24,000 nt of DNA from Acidimicrobiaceae bacterium (GCA_024641655.1 JAHECR010000030.1:1-24000); one strand, 5' to 3'; shown: positions 15,816 to 24,000, numbered from the stretch's first letter. Program-made: numbers and translations. The notes: a model not told the origin generated them from the letters alone.

Positions 15816-15828
15816 CGACCTCGGCCCG

Positions 15829-16419
15829 TCAGTCGGGGACCTCCGCGCCGCCGGCATCCTTCTGGACTGTTGTGGTCTGGGGTGCGGCTCCGTCCGCGCT
15901 CACCTCGACGGTGACGTCGAGGGCGTTCAGATCGGTGTAGTAGAGGCTGTAGGCGTTCACCGCGAAGTGGTCGGCAGTGCCGGTGTCGTCGAAGTGGATG
16001 ACGCGGGTGGCCCCGGCGGCGATGGTGAACGACGCCGGCAACGCTGCGTAGTAGCTCTCACTGACGTCGGTGATCGGGTCGTGGTAGCGGTAGAAGACCT
16101 CGAAGCCGCTCAGTTCGGTGTCCGAGGCGTTGGTGACGGTGATCTCGAGATGATCGTCCACCGCAGCGCCGCTGGCGTCTTCGTTGTTCTCGACGAGGAC
16201 CGAGTCGATCGTGAAGGCTTCCGTCGTCGCCGTGTTGGTGATGGGGTTCATCGCCACGGGCAGTACCTGATCGGAGCCGCTCGCGGTGGGCGACGCGTGT
16301 GCGTTGCCGGCGCTGCCGCAGGCGCCGAGGAGTCCGGGGCCTCCTGCGAGCGCAGCTGCGGTGACGAGGCCTGCGGCGAGGCGGCGTCGAAGAAGTCGGG
16401 GACCGTGGCGGAGGGTCAT
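15829..16419 (-). CDS. Putative lipoprotein of unknown function (possibly Tat-exported)
   Basis: The signal peptide MTLRHGPRLLRRRLAAGLVTAAALAGGPGLLGAC has an RRR motif and a lipobox-like LGAC. The mature part is acidic and predicted beta-rich, with no motif I recognise. Its ATG overlaps the upstream permease stop (ATGA). Confidence 0.65.
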   Translation of the reverse strand: MTLRHGPRLLRRRLAAGLVTAAALAGGPGLLGACGSAGNAHASPTASGSDQVLPVAMNPITNTATTEAFTIDSVLVENNEDASGAAVDDHLEITVTNASDTELSGFEVFYRYHDPITDVSESYYAALPASFTIAAGATRVIHFDDTGTADHFAVNAYSLYYTDLNALDVTVEVSADGAAPQTTTVQKDAGGAEVPD

Positions 16420-17408
16420 TGTTCTACTCCTTGGGTGATGGCGGGTCGTGAGCGGAAGGTGCGGCGGAGGCCCGAGGTCAGCGCGGTGGCGCCGGCGATC
16501 AGCCAGCCGATGTCGTTGCGCGTGGTGTTGAGCAGCCAGGGCAGGTCATGGGGGCGGTAGCGCTCCTTGACGTCGGTCATCGCAAAGGCAAACCGTTCGA
16601 AGTGCTTCGCGAGCGAGAGCTCTTCGGTCCAGGTTCGGATGCGCTCGTAGCTGGTGAAGTGGGCGAGGATCGTGACCTCACCGTCGTGGCCGAGGCCGAG
16701 GGCGCTGAAGAGCCCGCCCGGGACCTGATTGTCGGCATCGAGGGTGTCGCCGATCTGGGGGAGGATGAGCACGACGATCAGCCACACCCCGAGCGCAACC
16801 ATGAGACCGTTCGCTCCCACGCGCGATCGGGCGGTTACGATGGCGCCGAGACTGTAGAACGCGATCAAGTAGAGCAGCGCGGCGAGATAGCTCAGCAGGA
16901 GCTGAAGCGCCTCTCGGGCGTTGATCCAGTCGTGGCCGATCGTCCCGACGCACAACACGGCCGTGGTAGCGGTGACCGCGATCAGGGTCGAGAACACCGC
17001 ACAGGCACCGACGACGCTGCCCGTCGCGTGTTCGCCGGCGGTGAGTGGCCGTGATCCCAACAGGGCCAGGGTGCGGCTCACTCGTTCGCGCGAGACGGAG
17101 AGGTAGCCCAGGGCGATGGCGATGACTGCGCCGACGATCTCGAGGTACTCCATCGCGCCGCGCAGGAGGGACAGGGGTGCGAGCGGCGACGGGGCGATGC
17201 GGTCGAGGCCGCCAGCGGTGGCGGCCGCCTTGTAGGCCTCGTAGTCGGCGAGTTGGCTCGCGTAGTCGACCGAGCCGATGTAGACCGAGGCGACGGTGAC
17301 CGCAACCAGGATCGCCCCGAGGCTGATCAGGAGACGGCTGCGCGCCGCGGCGCGGTACTCGTGGCGGGCGATGAGGAGCATGCGCGCACGCGCTCGGGCA
17401 TCAGGCAT
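16416..17408 (-). CDS. ABC-2 type transporter permease (subunit B)
   Basis: 330 aa and polytopic, with a large first extracytoplasmic loop, consistent with ABC-2/NosY-like permeases. It overlaps the upstream permease by 8 nt (ATGCCTGA). Confidence 0.7.
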   Translation of the reverse strand: MPDARARARMLLIARHEYRAAARSRLLISLGAILVAVTVASVYIGSVDYASQLADYEAYKAAATAGGLDRIAPSPLAPLSLLRGAMEYLEIVGAVIAIALGYLSVSRERVSRTLALLGSRPLTAGEHATGSVVGACAVFSTLIAVTATTAVLCVGTIGHDWINAREALQLLLSYLAALLYLIAFYSLGAIVTARSRVGANGLMVALGVWLIVVLILPQIGDTLDADNQVPGGLFSALGLGHDGEVTILAHFTSYERIRTWTEELSLAKHFERFAFAMTDVKERYRPHDLPWLLNTTRNDIGWLIAGATALTSGLRRTFRSRPAITQGVEQ

Positions 17409-18318
17409 CGCCGGCGCCCCGGGAGAAGTCGTAACGGCTCACGACGGCGACGAGGGTTGCAGCCAGCAACACGCTTGCGCCGAGTACGGGCGCGACCCGT
17501 TCGAGCGTGCGCCACGACGATTCGGTCGCCGGCGCGGTGGCGAGGATGTGCGCGCTCGCTTCCTTGTACTGCTCGACGATCGAGAAGGGCCGGGCGTGTG
17601 CGGTGGCGCGGAAGAAGGCCTGCGACGTGCTGACCGGTTCGGTGATCGGGTTCAGCGACGACGTAGGCCGCAGGCCCGAGGTGAACTGGGGAACGACGAA
17701 GGTGACCACCAGCCAGACCCCCACAGCGCTGAGCAGCCCGAGCGATCTGTGGCGGCTGACAGCCACCGTCGCCATCCCGACGAGCGCGAACGCGATGAGG
17801 TAGAGCCATGAGAGCACGAAGAAGAGGGCGAGGCGGGCGATGTCAGCGGCGGCGATCGTGTGGTCGACCACCAGGAGGTCTGCGGTGCTGATGCCCAGGC
17901 TGGCCGCCATGGTGGCTGCGAGGACCCCTGCGGCCGCGACCGTCTTGCCGACGAGGTACTCGATACGGTCGACGGGGCGGGAGAAGATCAGGCGGCCGAT
18001 CCCGCCGGTCTGGTCGTCGGCGAGGCTGAGGTGTCCGATGATCAGCGCCAGCAGGGCACCGATGAGGGGCAGGTAGACGACCAGGTTCGAGAGCAAGGAC
18101 AGCGTCGGCTTCAACAGAAAGGGGTTGGGGGGCGGGGGCTTGCCCTGGGACGCGAGGAGCGTCACCGCCTGGTCGTAGACGCCGACGATGGTGTGGTGGC
18201 TCGACCAGCCGAGCACGCCTGCGAGCGCGGTCATGGCGCCCAGAACGCCCAGCATCGCCAGGAACGTTCGTTGACGGGTCAGCGAACGGACCTGGTGCGC
18301 GGCGACCGTGAAGATCAC
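17401..18318 (-). CDS. ABC-2 type transporter permease (subunit A)
   Basis: 305 aa and polytopic. GTG at 18318 overlaps the ATPase stop (GTGA). It is a paralogue of the downstream permease in overall topology. Confidence 0.7.
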   Translation of the reverse strand: MIFTVAAHQVRSLTRQRTFLAMLGVLGAMTALAGVLGWSSHHTIVGVYDQAVTLLASQGKPPPPNPFLLKPTLSLLSNLVVYLPLIGALLALIIGHLSLADDQTGGIGRLIFSRPVDRIEYLVGKTVAAAGVLAATMAASLGISTADLLVVDHTIAAADIARLALFFVLSWLYLIAFALVGMATVAVSRHRSLGLLSAVGVWLVVTFVVPQFTSGLRPTSSLNPITEPVSTSQAFFRATAHARPFSIVEQYKEASAHILATAPATESSWRTLERVAPVLGASVLLAATLVAVVSRYDFSRGAGDA

Positions 18319-19049
18319 GACGAGGCACCTTCCATGCGGGCGTAGATGTCCTCGAGCGACGCCTCGTCGGGGAATCGCCGGGTGGTTGCCGCGATGGTGT
18401 CCTTGTAGATCAGTCGGCCGTGGTCGAGGACGCCGATCGTCGTGCAGACCTTGGCGACCTCCGACAACAGGTGCGTGTTCATGAACACCGTCATGCCGAG
18501 ATCGCTGTTGAGCCGCTGAATGGTTTCGCGTAGCTGACGGACCCCGACGGGGTCGAGCCCCGACGTCGGCTCATCGAGGAACAGCACCTCGGGGCGATGC
18601 ACGATGGCTTGGGCGATGCCGATGCGTTGGCGCATCCCGGTCGAGAACGTCGCGACCCGCCGATGGGCGAGGTCGGCGCACTCGAGATAGTCGAGCGCCT
18701 CCGCCGCCGCGCGCCGCGGGTGGTCGACCCCCGAGAGCTTGGCGAAGAACTCCAGGTTCTCGGCTGCGGTCAGATGACCGTAGAGGCGGACCTCCGAGGG
18801 CAGGTACCCGATGCGCTCCGTGACGCGGTATCGCTGCGCCACGACGTCGAAGCCGCAGACGCGGGCAACGCCGGAGGTCGGCCGGACCAGCGTGGTCAGG
18901 ATGTTCACCGCGGTGGTCTTGCCGGCGCCGTTGTGTCCGAGGAAGCCGAAGATCTCGCTGCGCTCGATCCGCAGGTCGAGGTTGCGAAGTACCAGCTCGG
19001 CGTCATACCGGTGACTGAGATCACGGGTCTCGATGGCAGGGTCGGCCAT
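18315..19049 (-). CDS. ABC transporter ATP-binding protein
   Basis: ATG at 19049 is preceded by GAAGGAG. Walker A is GHNGAGKTT, the signature is FSTGMRQR, Walker B is VLFLDEPTSGLD, and there is an H-loop at MNTHLL. The 134 upstream codons of the track ORF are out-of-frame overlap with HK2. Confidence 0.9.
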   Translation of the reverse strand: MADPAIETRDLSHRYDAELVLRNLDLRIERSEIFGFLGHNGAGKTTAVNILTTLVRPTSGVARVCGFDVVAQRYRVTERIGYLPSEVRLYGHLTAAENLEFFAKLSGVDHPRRAAAEALDYLECADLAHRRVATFSTGMRQRIGIAQAIVHRPEVLFLDEPTSGLDPVGVRQLRETIQRLNSDLGMTVFMNTHLLSEVAKVCTTIGVLDHGRLIYKDTIAATTRRFPDEASLEDIYARMEGASS

Positions 19050-19155
19050 GGTGCTCCTTCGCTGCATCTGTCGAGGGCTCTGGAGCTGAAGGTACGGACC
19101 TGCCGGTGAGCGGTTTGCCAGATCCAGGAGGGACCAGGCGAGATCTCGGCCAGAA

Positions 19156-20433
19156 CTACACGCTGGGAGCCCGCCGCAGCACGATCTCGACGCGCGGGTG
19201 GGGCCCGGACTCGGCGATGAGCAGTCGTCCACCCATGGCGTCGACGAGGCGTTGTGCCAGCGGGAGCCCCAGTCCGTGTCCGTCCGCCGGTGACGTGCCG
19301 CGACGGCCGTCGGCGTCGAAACCCGTGCCCTCGTCGGCGACCCCGATCGTGACCGAGTCGGTGGTGGACGTGACGGTGACCGAGACGCTGCCCTCGCCGT
19401 GACCGAGGGCGTTGTCGACGAGGACGTCGAGTGCGTGGCGCAGCATCGCCGCATTCGCGAGGGCGGCCGGTTGGTACCGGACCGGACCCGTTTGGAGCGT
19501 GCGGCCCTCCTGTCGAAGCCGCCCGAGCCACGTGGCTTCGAGGTCGGCCACCACGGCGACCAGGTCGACGGTTTCGGTCGAGTCGTCGGCGCGGGCGATG
19601 GCGAGCAGTTCGGTCACGGTGCGCTCCAGGCGGTCAAGGTCGCTCGCCATCTCGCGGAGGACCTCGGCGGGGTCGTCGCGGGGAAACTCCAGCTCCGTCT
19701 CGACGGCGGCTCGCATCCCAGCGATCGGCGTCCGCAGCTGGTGGGAGGCGTCAGCGCTGAACGCCCGCTCGCGCCCGACCAACTCGCCCAGCCGCTGGGC
19801 GGTGGCGTTCATGGCCCGCCCGGCCTCGTCGAGCTCGGGGATCGTGCTCGTGGGCACGTGGACCCCGAAATCACCGTCGCCGAGCTGCCGCGCCGCATCG
19901 CGCAACCGACCCACCGGCCGGCTCACCCTGCCCGCGAGCACCCAGGCGATGAAGCCGCTGATGGCGATGACCCCCACCCCGAGCGCGCTGAGCAGCAGCA
20001 GGATCGTCGTCGTGCGGCTGTCGCTCGCGTTGGTCGGCCTCGACGCCCTGACGACGCCGACGACCCGTTCGTCGGCGGCGACGGGGACCGCGACGATCAG
20101 CTGGCCGTCGACTTCGCCGTCCACGACGGCGTTCCCCAACGCGGCACGGGTGATGTCGTCAGCGGGGTTCGGACCCTTCCCGGTCACCAGCACGCCTGCA
20201 GGATCGTAGAGTCCGAAGACGATTCCGTCCGCGTTCCCGGGGAGCTCAACGGGGTCTCCGTCGGTGGCGAAGGTCGTCGAAACGTCTCGAGTTGCCAACA
20301 CGGCCGCACGCTCGACGGTGCTGGTCGCGTTCTCCTCGACGAACCGTTCGATCACGAAGGCCAACGGGGCACCGAAGCCAATGACGGCGAGGGTGGTGAT
20401 CGACAGCATCGTTGCCAGGAGGCGTCGCCGCAT
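19156..20433 (-). CDS. Sensor histidine kinase (HK2): two TM segments, HAMP, HisKA, HATPase_c
   Basis: ATG at 20433 overlaps the RR2 stop by 1 nt (TGATG). TM1 is LLATMLSITTLAVIGFGAPLAFV and TM2 is ILLLLSALGVGVIAISGFIAWVL. The H-box is FSADASHQLRTPIA, followed by DNALGHG and ADEGTGF...GHGLGLPLA. Confidence 0.9.
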   Translation of the reverse strand: MRRRLLATMLSITTLAVIGFGAPLAFVIERFVEENATSTVERAAVLATRDVSTTFATDGDPVELPGNADGIVFGLYDPAGVLVTGKGPNPADDITRAALGNAVVDGEVDGQLIVAVPVAADERVVGVVRASRPTNASDSRTTTILLLLSALGVGVIAISGFIAWVLAGRVSRPVGRLRDAARQLGDGDFGVHVPTSTIPELDEAGRAMNATAQRLGELVGRERAFSADASHQLRTPIAGMRAAVETELEFPRDDPAEVLREMASDLDRLERTVTELLAIARADDSTETVDLVAVVADLEATWLGRLRQEGRTLQTGPVRYQPAALANAAMLRHALDVLVDNALGHGEGSVSVTVTSTTDSVTIGVADEGTGFDADGRRGTSPADGHGLGLPLAQRLVDAMGGRLLIAESGPHPRVEIVLRRAPSV

Positions 20434-21107
20434 CAGGTCTCGAAGCGATAGCCGACGCCGCGCAACGTCGTGACTCTGCTCGGGGCGTCGGGGTCGTCGA
20501 TCTTGCGCCGCAGTGACGCCATGTGGAAATCGAGCGTCTTGGTGGATCCGAACCACTGCTCGTCCCAGACGTCGCTCATCAACGTTTCGCGCGTGACCAC
20601 GCTGCCCGCCTCGGCGATCAGCCGCGCGAGGAGATCGAACTCCTTCGCCCTGAGCTCGATCTCGGTGCCACGCAACCACACCCGACGGGCATCGCCGTCG
20701 ATCACCAGATCACCGTCCACCGGTGGGAGGGGGCGGGCTTCGACCCGGCGCAGCTGGGCCCGGATCCGTGCCGTCAACTCCGCGAGCCGGAACGGCTTGG
20801 TGACGTAGTCGACCGCTCCGGCATCGAGCCCGACCACGACGTCGAGCTCCTCGTCGCGTGCGGTCACCATGATCACCTCGATCAGCGGGTCAGCACCGTG
20901 GATACGGCGGCACACCTCCAGCCCGTCGAGATCGGGCAGGCCGAGGTCCAACAGGACCAGGTCGGGTCGCCGCTGCACCACCGCCGCGAGGGCGTCCGCG
21001 CCGGTGCGGGCCCAGACCGTGTCGTAGCCCGAGCTCGACAACGCCCGCAACAGCGTCGAACCGATCCGTTCGTCGTCCTCGACGATGAGGAGCACGTTCC
21101 CGGCCAC
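20433..21107 (-). CDS. OmpR/PhoB-family response regulator (RR2)
   Basis: The receiver domain reads NVLLIVEDDERIG...LLDLGLPDLDG...VTARD...KPF. The winged helix reads ELRAKEFDLLARL...LDFHMASLRRKID...TLRGVGYRFE. GTG 21107 is chosen because the CTCACC repeat would otherwise abut the ATG at 21155. The start is uncertain (21107 or 21155). Confidence 0.85.
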   Translation of the reverse strand: MAGNVLLIVEDDERIGSTLLRALSSSGYDTVWARTGADALAAVVQRRPDLVLLDLGLPDLDGLEVCRRIHGADPLIEVIMVTARDEELDVVVGLDAGAVDYVTKPFRLAELTARIRAQLRRVEARPLPPVDGDLVIDGDARRVWLRGTEIELRAKEFDLLARLIAEAGSVVTRETLMSDVWDEQWFGSTKTLDFHMASLRRKIDDPDAPSRVTTLRGVGYRFET

Positions 21108-21158
21108 GCCCCCACGGTACGGGCGTGCCCGCGCGGAGCGTAACGATCTGGCCAACTT

Positions 21159-21175
21159 CTCACCTTCGGCTCACC
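21159..21175. promoter_or_regulatory. Direct repeat CTCACC-ttcgg-CTCACC (flanked by CAACTT on each side) in the RR2 / DUF1232 divergent region
   Basis: Two identical hexamers with 11-bp spacing lie 52-68 bp upstream of RR2 GTG 21107 and about 100 bp upstream of the DUF1232 ATG. This is a single occurrence in the window. Confidence 0.3.
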
Positions 21176-21270
21176 GGCAACTTGCCGTGGGTAGGAGCCG
21201 GCGTTGTGTGCCCGCTGGGCCGGGCAGTCATCGATGCGTTGGAGCGGGGGAGCCGGTACGGTCCGGCTCC

Positions 21271-21726
21271 ATGGTCCTGCGCTGGGTCGTTATCGCGGTC
21301 GGGGTGATCGTCACGTCGTGGTTGGTGATGATCGTCCTCGCCCGGCGGCTGCCGCCAGGGCTCGCGAAGGATCTCGCGTCGGTCCTGCCGGCATGTGTGG
21401 CCACGGCTCGACGACTCCGGAGCGACCCGCGCGTTCCGGGCCGAGTGAAGCTGGTCGTCGCCTTTGCGGCACTGTGGGTGCTCTCACCGATCGATCTCAT
21501 TCCGGAGTTCCTCCCGGTGATCGGGCCTCTGGACGACATCGTCGTGGTCGCGCTCGCCTTGCGGTACGCGGCCCGGCGGATCCCTCCCGAGGCAATCGTC
21601 GACGCGTGGCCCGCGGACCGCCGACTCCTGGCCCGCCTTGTGCCCTCGACTGCGGCGGTTGCCGGGTCCGACGCGGTGCCCGGCCCACCCGACGCGACCG
21701 AACCTGATGAAGACCGGGACCTCTGA
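21271..21726 (+). CDS. DUF1232 (YkvA-like) membrane protein
   Basis: From ATG 21271: MVLRWVVIAVGVIVTSWLVMIVL (TM), then the DUF1232 signature LWVLSPIDLIPEFLPVIGPLDDIVVVALAL. The upstream part of the track ORF (21085-21270) overlaps the RR2 5' region and looks non-coding. Confidence 0.75.
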   Translation: MVLRWVVIAVGVIVTSWLVMIVLARRLPPGLAKDLASVLPACVATARRLRSDPRVPGRVKLVVAFAALWVLSPIDLIPEFLPVIGPLDDIVVVALALRYAARRIPPEAIVDAWPADRRLLARLVPSTAAVAGSDAVPGPPDATEPDEDRDL

Positions 21727-21784
21727 CCGAGCGCCTCGACAGTCGGCGGCGGCCAGGGCGTGGTCGGGTCGATGACCGGTCGGT

Positions 21785-21798
21785 GACCGTCGACGGTC
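21785..21798. terminator. Perfect 14-bp palindrome GACCGTCGACGGTC between convergent genes (weak hairpin/terminator candidate)
   Basis: It lies in the 82-bp gap between the DUF1232 stop (21726) and the AKR stop (21809). It would form a 5-bp GC-rich stem with a 4-nt loop. There is no U-tract. Confidence 0.2.
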
Positions 21799-21808
21799 GG
21801 CGGTGCCC

Positions 21809-22714
21809 TCAGGCAGCGAATCGGCGCTTGGCCTCCGCGTAGATCTGAGGTGGCAGGGGACCGTTCGAGGCGGCGGCGACGTTGGCGGCGAGGTGGTCGG
21901 GGTTCTTGGTGCCGACGATCGTGGTGTGCATGTCGGGATGGCTGATCGTGAATCGGAGCATGAACTCCATCTCGGACATGCCGTCGAGGAGATCGCTGAG
22001 GTCGGTCTCCTCGAAGCGTTCGTTGCGGGCGCGGATCATGTCCTTGTAGCGCTCGGGGTAGTCGGCACGAGGTTCGGGCAAGCCCCGGGCGACGCCCCCT
22101 CGGATGATGGTGCCACCACCGGCCTGCGCCGCGGCAGTGATCGCCTCTTCGTGTTCACGTTCGACCGCCGAGTAGGGGATTTGGAACGCGTCGAACACCC
22201 CCATGGCGATCTGGTCGGGGAGATGCGGCAGCGTCCCGGAGATGCCGATGAACCGGAGCTTGCCTTCGTCACGGAGATCGATCAGCTCGGCTACGGCGTC
22301 GTGTTCGGCGAGGGTTTCCGGCGACGGGCTGATGTGGAACTGGACGAGGTCGAGGCGGTCGGTGTGCATCCGGGTCAGGCTCTGCTCGACCGCAGCGCGC
22401 ACGTTCTCGCGCGTGAAGACGTGCTCCCGGCCGGCAGGCCCGTCGGCGCCGGCGGTCTCACCGACCGGACAGCCGCACTTCGACGCGAGGAAGTACTCGT
22501 CGCGGCGGTGGGCGATGGCGCGCCCGATGTGTTCCTCGGAGGCGCCGTAGTCCGGTGAGGTGTCGATCATGTTGATCCCCGAGTCGAGGACGGCGTTCAG
22601 CAACCGGTTGACTTCGCCAGGGTCGAGGCGCGAGCTCCGCAGCTCCATCGCCCCGTAGCCGAGCTTGGTCACCGTCGCTCCGGTCCTGCCGAGGGTGCTC
22701 GTGGGAAGGCTCAT
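21809..22714 (-). CDS. Aldo/keto reductase family oxidoreductase
   Basis: ATG at 22714 is preceded by AGGAG. The sequence runs MSLPTSTLGRTGATVTKLGYGAMEL...GINMIDTSPDYGASEEHIGRA...DLVQFH...IGISG..., the typical AKR (Tas/YhdN-like) pattern. The upstream 243 codons of the track ORF are spurious. Confidence 0.85.
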   Translation of the reverse strand: MSLPTSTLGRTGATVTKLGYGAMELRSSRLDPGEVNRLLNAVLDSGINMIDTSPDYGASEEHIGRAIAHRRDEYFLASKCGCPVGETAGADGPAGREHVFTRENVRAAVEQSLTRMHTDRLDLVQFHISPSPETLAEHDAVAELIDLRDEGKLRFIGISGTLPHLPDQIAMGVFDAFQIPYSAVEREHEEAITAAAQAGGGTIIRGGVARGLPEPRADYPERYKDMIRARNERFEETDLSDLLDGMSEMEFMLRFTISHPDMHTTIVGTKNPDHLAANVAAASNGPLPPQIYAEAKRRFAA

Positions 22715-22787
22715 AGTCACTCCTGTGTCGATCGGGTCGCACGGCCAAGGCCCTCGTCGGGCTCGCTCGGCGGTGTGATGACCCCAT

Positions 22788-22812
22788 GGTGTATACACCC
22801 TGTCAAACAGGG
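22788..22812. promoter_or_regulatory. Candidate operator: perfect palindrome GGTGTATACACC overlapping the inverted repeat CCCTGT-caa-ACAGGG
   Basis: An AT-rich core (TGTATACA) stands out against the high-GC background. It is centred in the 153-bp divergent region between the AKR (start 22714, minus) and the alpha/beta hydrolase (start 22868, plus). Confidence 0.35.
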
Positions 22813-22867
22813 AGGCGTTCCCGAGCGCCGACCACGCATCGGTCGACAGACCAGGGGAGTGGGCCGC

Positions 22868-23917
22868 ATGATCCGTTCGATCGATCTCGACTTCGACGTC
22901 ACCGAAGCCGCCGGACTGGGTGAGCCTGCGTCGATCGCAGCGACGGTCACGTTGCCCGACCCGGCAGGCCTCGGTGAGGACCCGGTGGTCTGCTTCGCGA
23001 AACCCGGTGGTGGCTACTCGAAGGGGTACTACACGGAGGATCTCCCAGGACCCGGCACCGGAGCCCAGGCGCAGTGGCATGCGACGCGCGGCTGGGTGTT
23101 CGTGTCGCTCGACCATCTCGGCGTCGGCTCGAGCAGCCTGCACGAGAACCCGATGCGCCTCGACTACACGACCCTCGCTGCAGCGAGCCAGTCGGCCGAG
23201 GCCCAGCTGTTGGTGCGGCTCGGCGATGGAACGCTCGCCGAAGGGTTCCCGGCAGTGGCGGATCCGCTGCGGCTGGGCATCGGTCAGTCGATGGGTGGGT
23301 GTATGACCATCGTCCAGCAGGGCCGGTACCACTGCTACGACGGCGTCGGGATCCTGGGCTATAGCGCCGTCCATACCCACCCGCCGACCCGGCCGGGCTC
23401 CCCTCCGATCGTGTCGCCGTGGATGCCACGCGACACCCTGCACCTCGGCGCGCCGGCTTTGCTGAACGGGGCCGCGTTGTCGGGCGCCGCCGCTCGCGAC
23501 ACCGAAGCCCCGACGCGGGTGTCGGAGCCTCCGATGGGCTGGGGGTTCTTCTGGGACGACGTCGACCCGGCCATCGTCGCCGGCGACCTCGCGGACTTCC
23601 CGACGCGCAACGGGAATGTCCCCCCGTGGGGATCGGGCACCTTGCCCGTCGGGGTCGCCTCTTCGTGCCTGACACCGGGCGTCGTCGCCTCGGAGGCCGC
23701 TGCGATCACGTCACCGGTGCTCGTCGCCATGGGTGCGCGCGACGTGGGCGCCGACAACGCCGGGGAGCCACGGGCGTACCGGTCGGCCGACTCGGTCGAC
23801 CTGTTCGTGTGTCCTCGCATGGGACACATGCACAACTTCGCGAGCACCCGAGAGCTGTTCTGGCGCCGCATCGACACCTGGGCCCGATGGGTCGGCGAGG
23901 TCAAACGCTCGCGGTAG
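22868..23917 (+). CDS. Alpha/beta-fold hydrolase (serine hydrolase, unknown substrate)
   Basis: ATG at 22868 has GGGGAG about 10 nt upstream. The nucleophile elbow GIGQSMGG (GxSxG) is present, along with a C-terminal ...MGHMHNF... containing a candidate catalytic His. The ORF could begin at 22775, but that would make the palindromic region coding. Confidence 0.7.
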   Translation: MIRSIDLDFDVTEAAGLGEPASIAATVTLPDPAGLGEDPVVCFAKPGGGYSKGYYTEDLPGPGTGAQAQWHATRGWVFVSLDHLGVGSSSLHENPMRLDYTTLAAASQSAEAQLLVRLGDGTLAEGFPAVADPLRLGIGQSMGGCMTIVQQGRYHCYDGVGILGYSAVHTHPPTRPGSPPIVSPWMPRDTLHLGAPALLNGAALSGAAARDTEAPTRVSEPPMGWGFFWDDVDPAIVAGDLADFPTRNGNVPPWGSGTLPVGVASSCLTPGVVASEAAAITSPVLVAMGARDVGADNAGEPRAYRSADSVDLFVCPRMGHMHNFASTRELFWRRIDTWARWVGEVKRSR

Positions 23918-23940
23918 TGCAAAGGGCGTTGCCGGGTGGC

Positions 23941-24000
23941 TCAGGCTGTGGCAGCCGGGACGAAGGCGAACAGGCTCACGTCGTCGGTGACGTGGCGATA
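23941..24000 (-). CDS. 3' end of an unidentified CDS (continues beyond the window)
   Basis: The minus-strand frame is open to the window edge and ends at TGA (23941-23943). 16 of the 19 visible codons end in G or C, which is consistent with coding. It is too short to assign a function. Confidence 0.3.
   Translation of the reverse strand, partial: YRHVTDDVSLFAFVPAATA

Noticed and set aside
19085-19104. Possible degenerate TTCAG box (minus strand GGCAGGTCcgtaccTTCAGC) upstream of the ABC ATPase
   Set aside because: There is only one good hexamer. The partner is a poor match at 14-bp spacing, which is not comparable to the six clean sites.
1-24000. Search for CRISPR arrays, tRNA/rRNA genes, transposases/integrases, phage or defence-system genes
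   Set aside because: I saw no spaced repeat arrays, cloverleaf-like or rRNA-like segments, DDE/tyrosine-recombinase-like translations, or terminal inverted repeats. The only tandem repeat is the 17-bp array at 10240-10307. The window reads as core-like envelope and lipid-metabolism DNA rather than a mobile island.

Overview
This is a high-GC, gene-dense, actinobacterial-type chromosomal segment. I found no rRNA, tRNA, CRISPR array, transposase or integrase. Left part (1-4480): three tandem adenylate-forming acyl-CoA synthetase paralogues (one edge fragment, one carrying a nonsense codon plus a frameshift, one intact) and a convergent SDR oxidoreductase. Centre (4590-10310): an OmpR-type two-component system (RR1/HK1); a translationally coupled dedA / metallophosphoesterase / uppP operon; yggT; and a PepSY-domain protein whose start codon lies inside a 17-bp tandem repeat. 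Right part (10427-21107): eleven co-directional minus-strand genes, mostly joined by 1-8 nt overlaps. In transcription order they are RR2-HK2, an ABC ATPase, two ABC-2 permeases, a lipoprotein, then a 4-gene operon (GT4 glycosyltransferase, a PAP2_3::PIG-L-deacetylase fusion, and two MprF-TM-like 'flippase-like' UPF0104 paralogues), followed by the PepSY gene. The window ends with DUF1232, an aldo/keto reductase and an alpha/beta hydrolase. Two observations stand out. (1) The GT4 / PAP2_3-PIG-L / 2x flippase-like operon has the logic of 'GlcNAc transfer, de-N-acetylation, flipping' on a membrane lipid, which looks like an uncharacterised aminoglycolipid pathway. (2) A phased direct-repeat box, TTCAG[C/G]-N5-TTCAG[C/G], recurs at six 5' regions: RR1, dedA, yggT, PepSY, the flippase pair and the GT4 operon. 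This suggests one OmpR-family regulon for envelope-lipid remodelling. All functional calls come from reading motifs in the translations. No database search was run.
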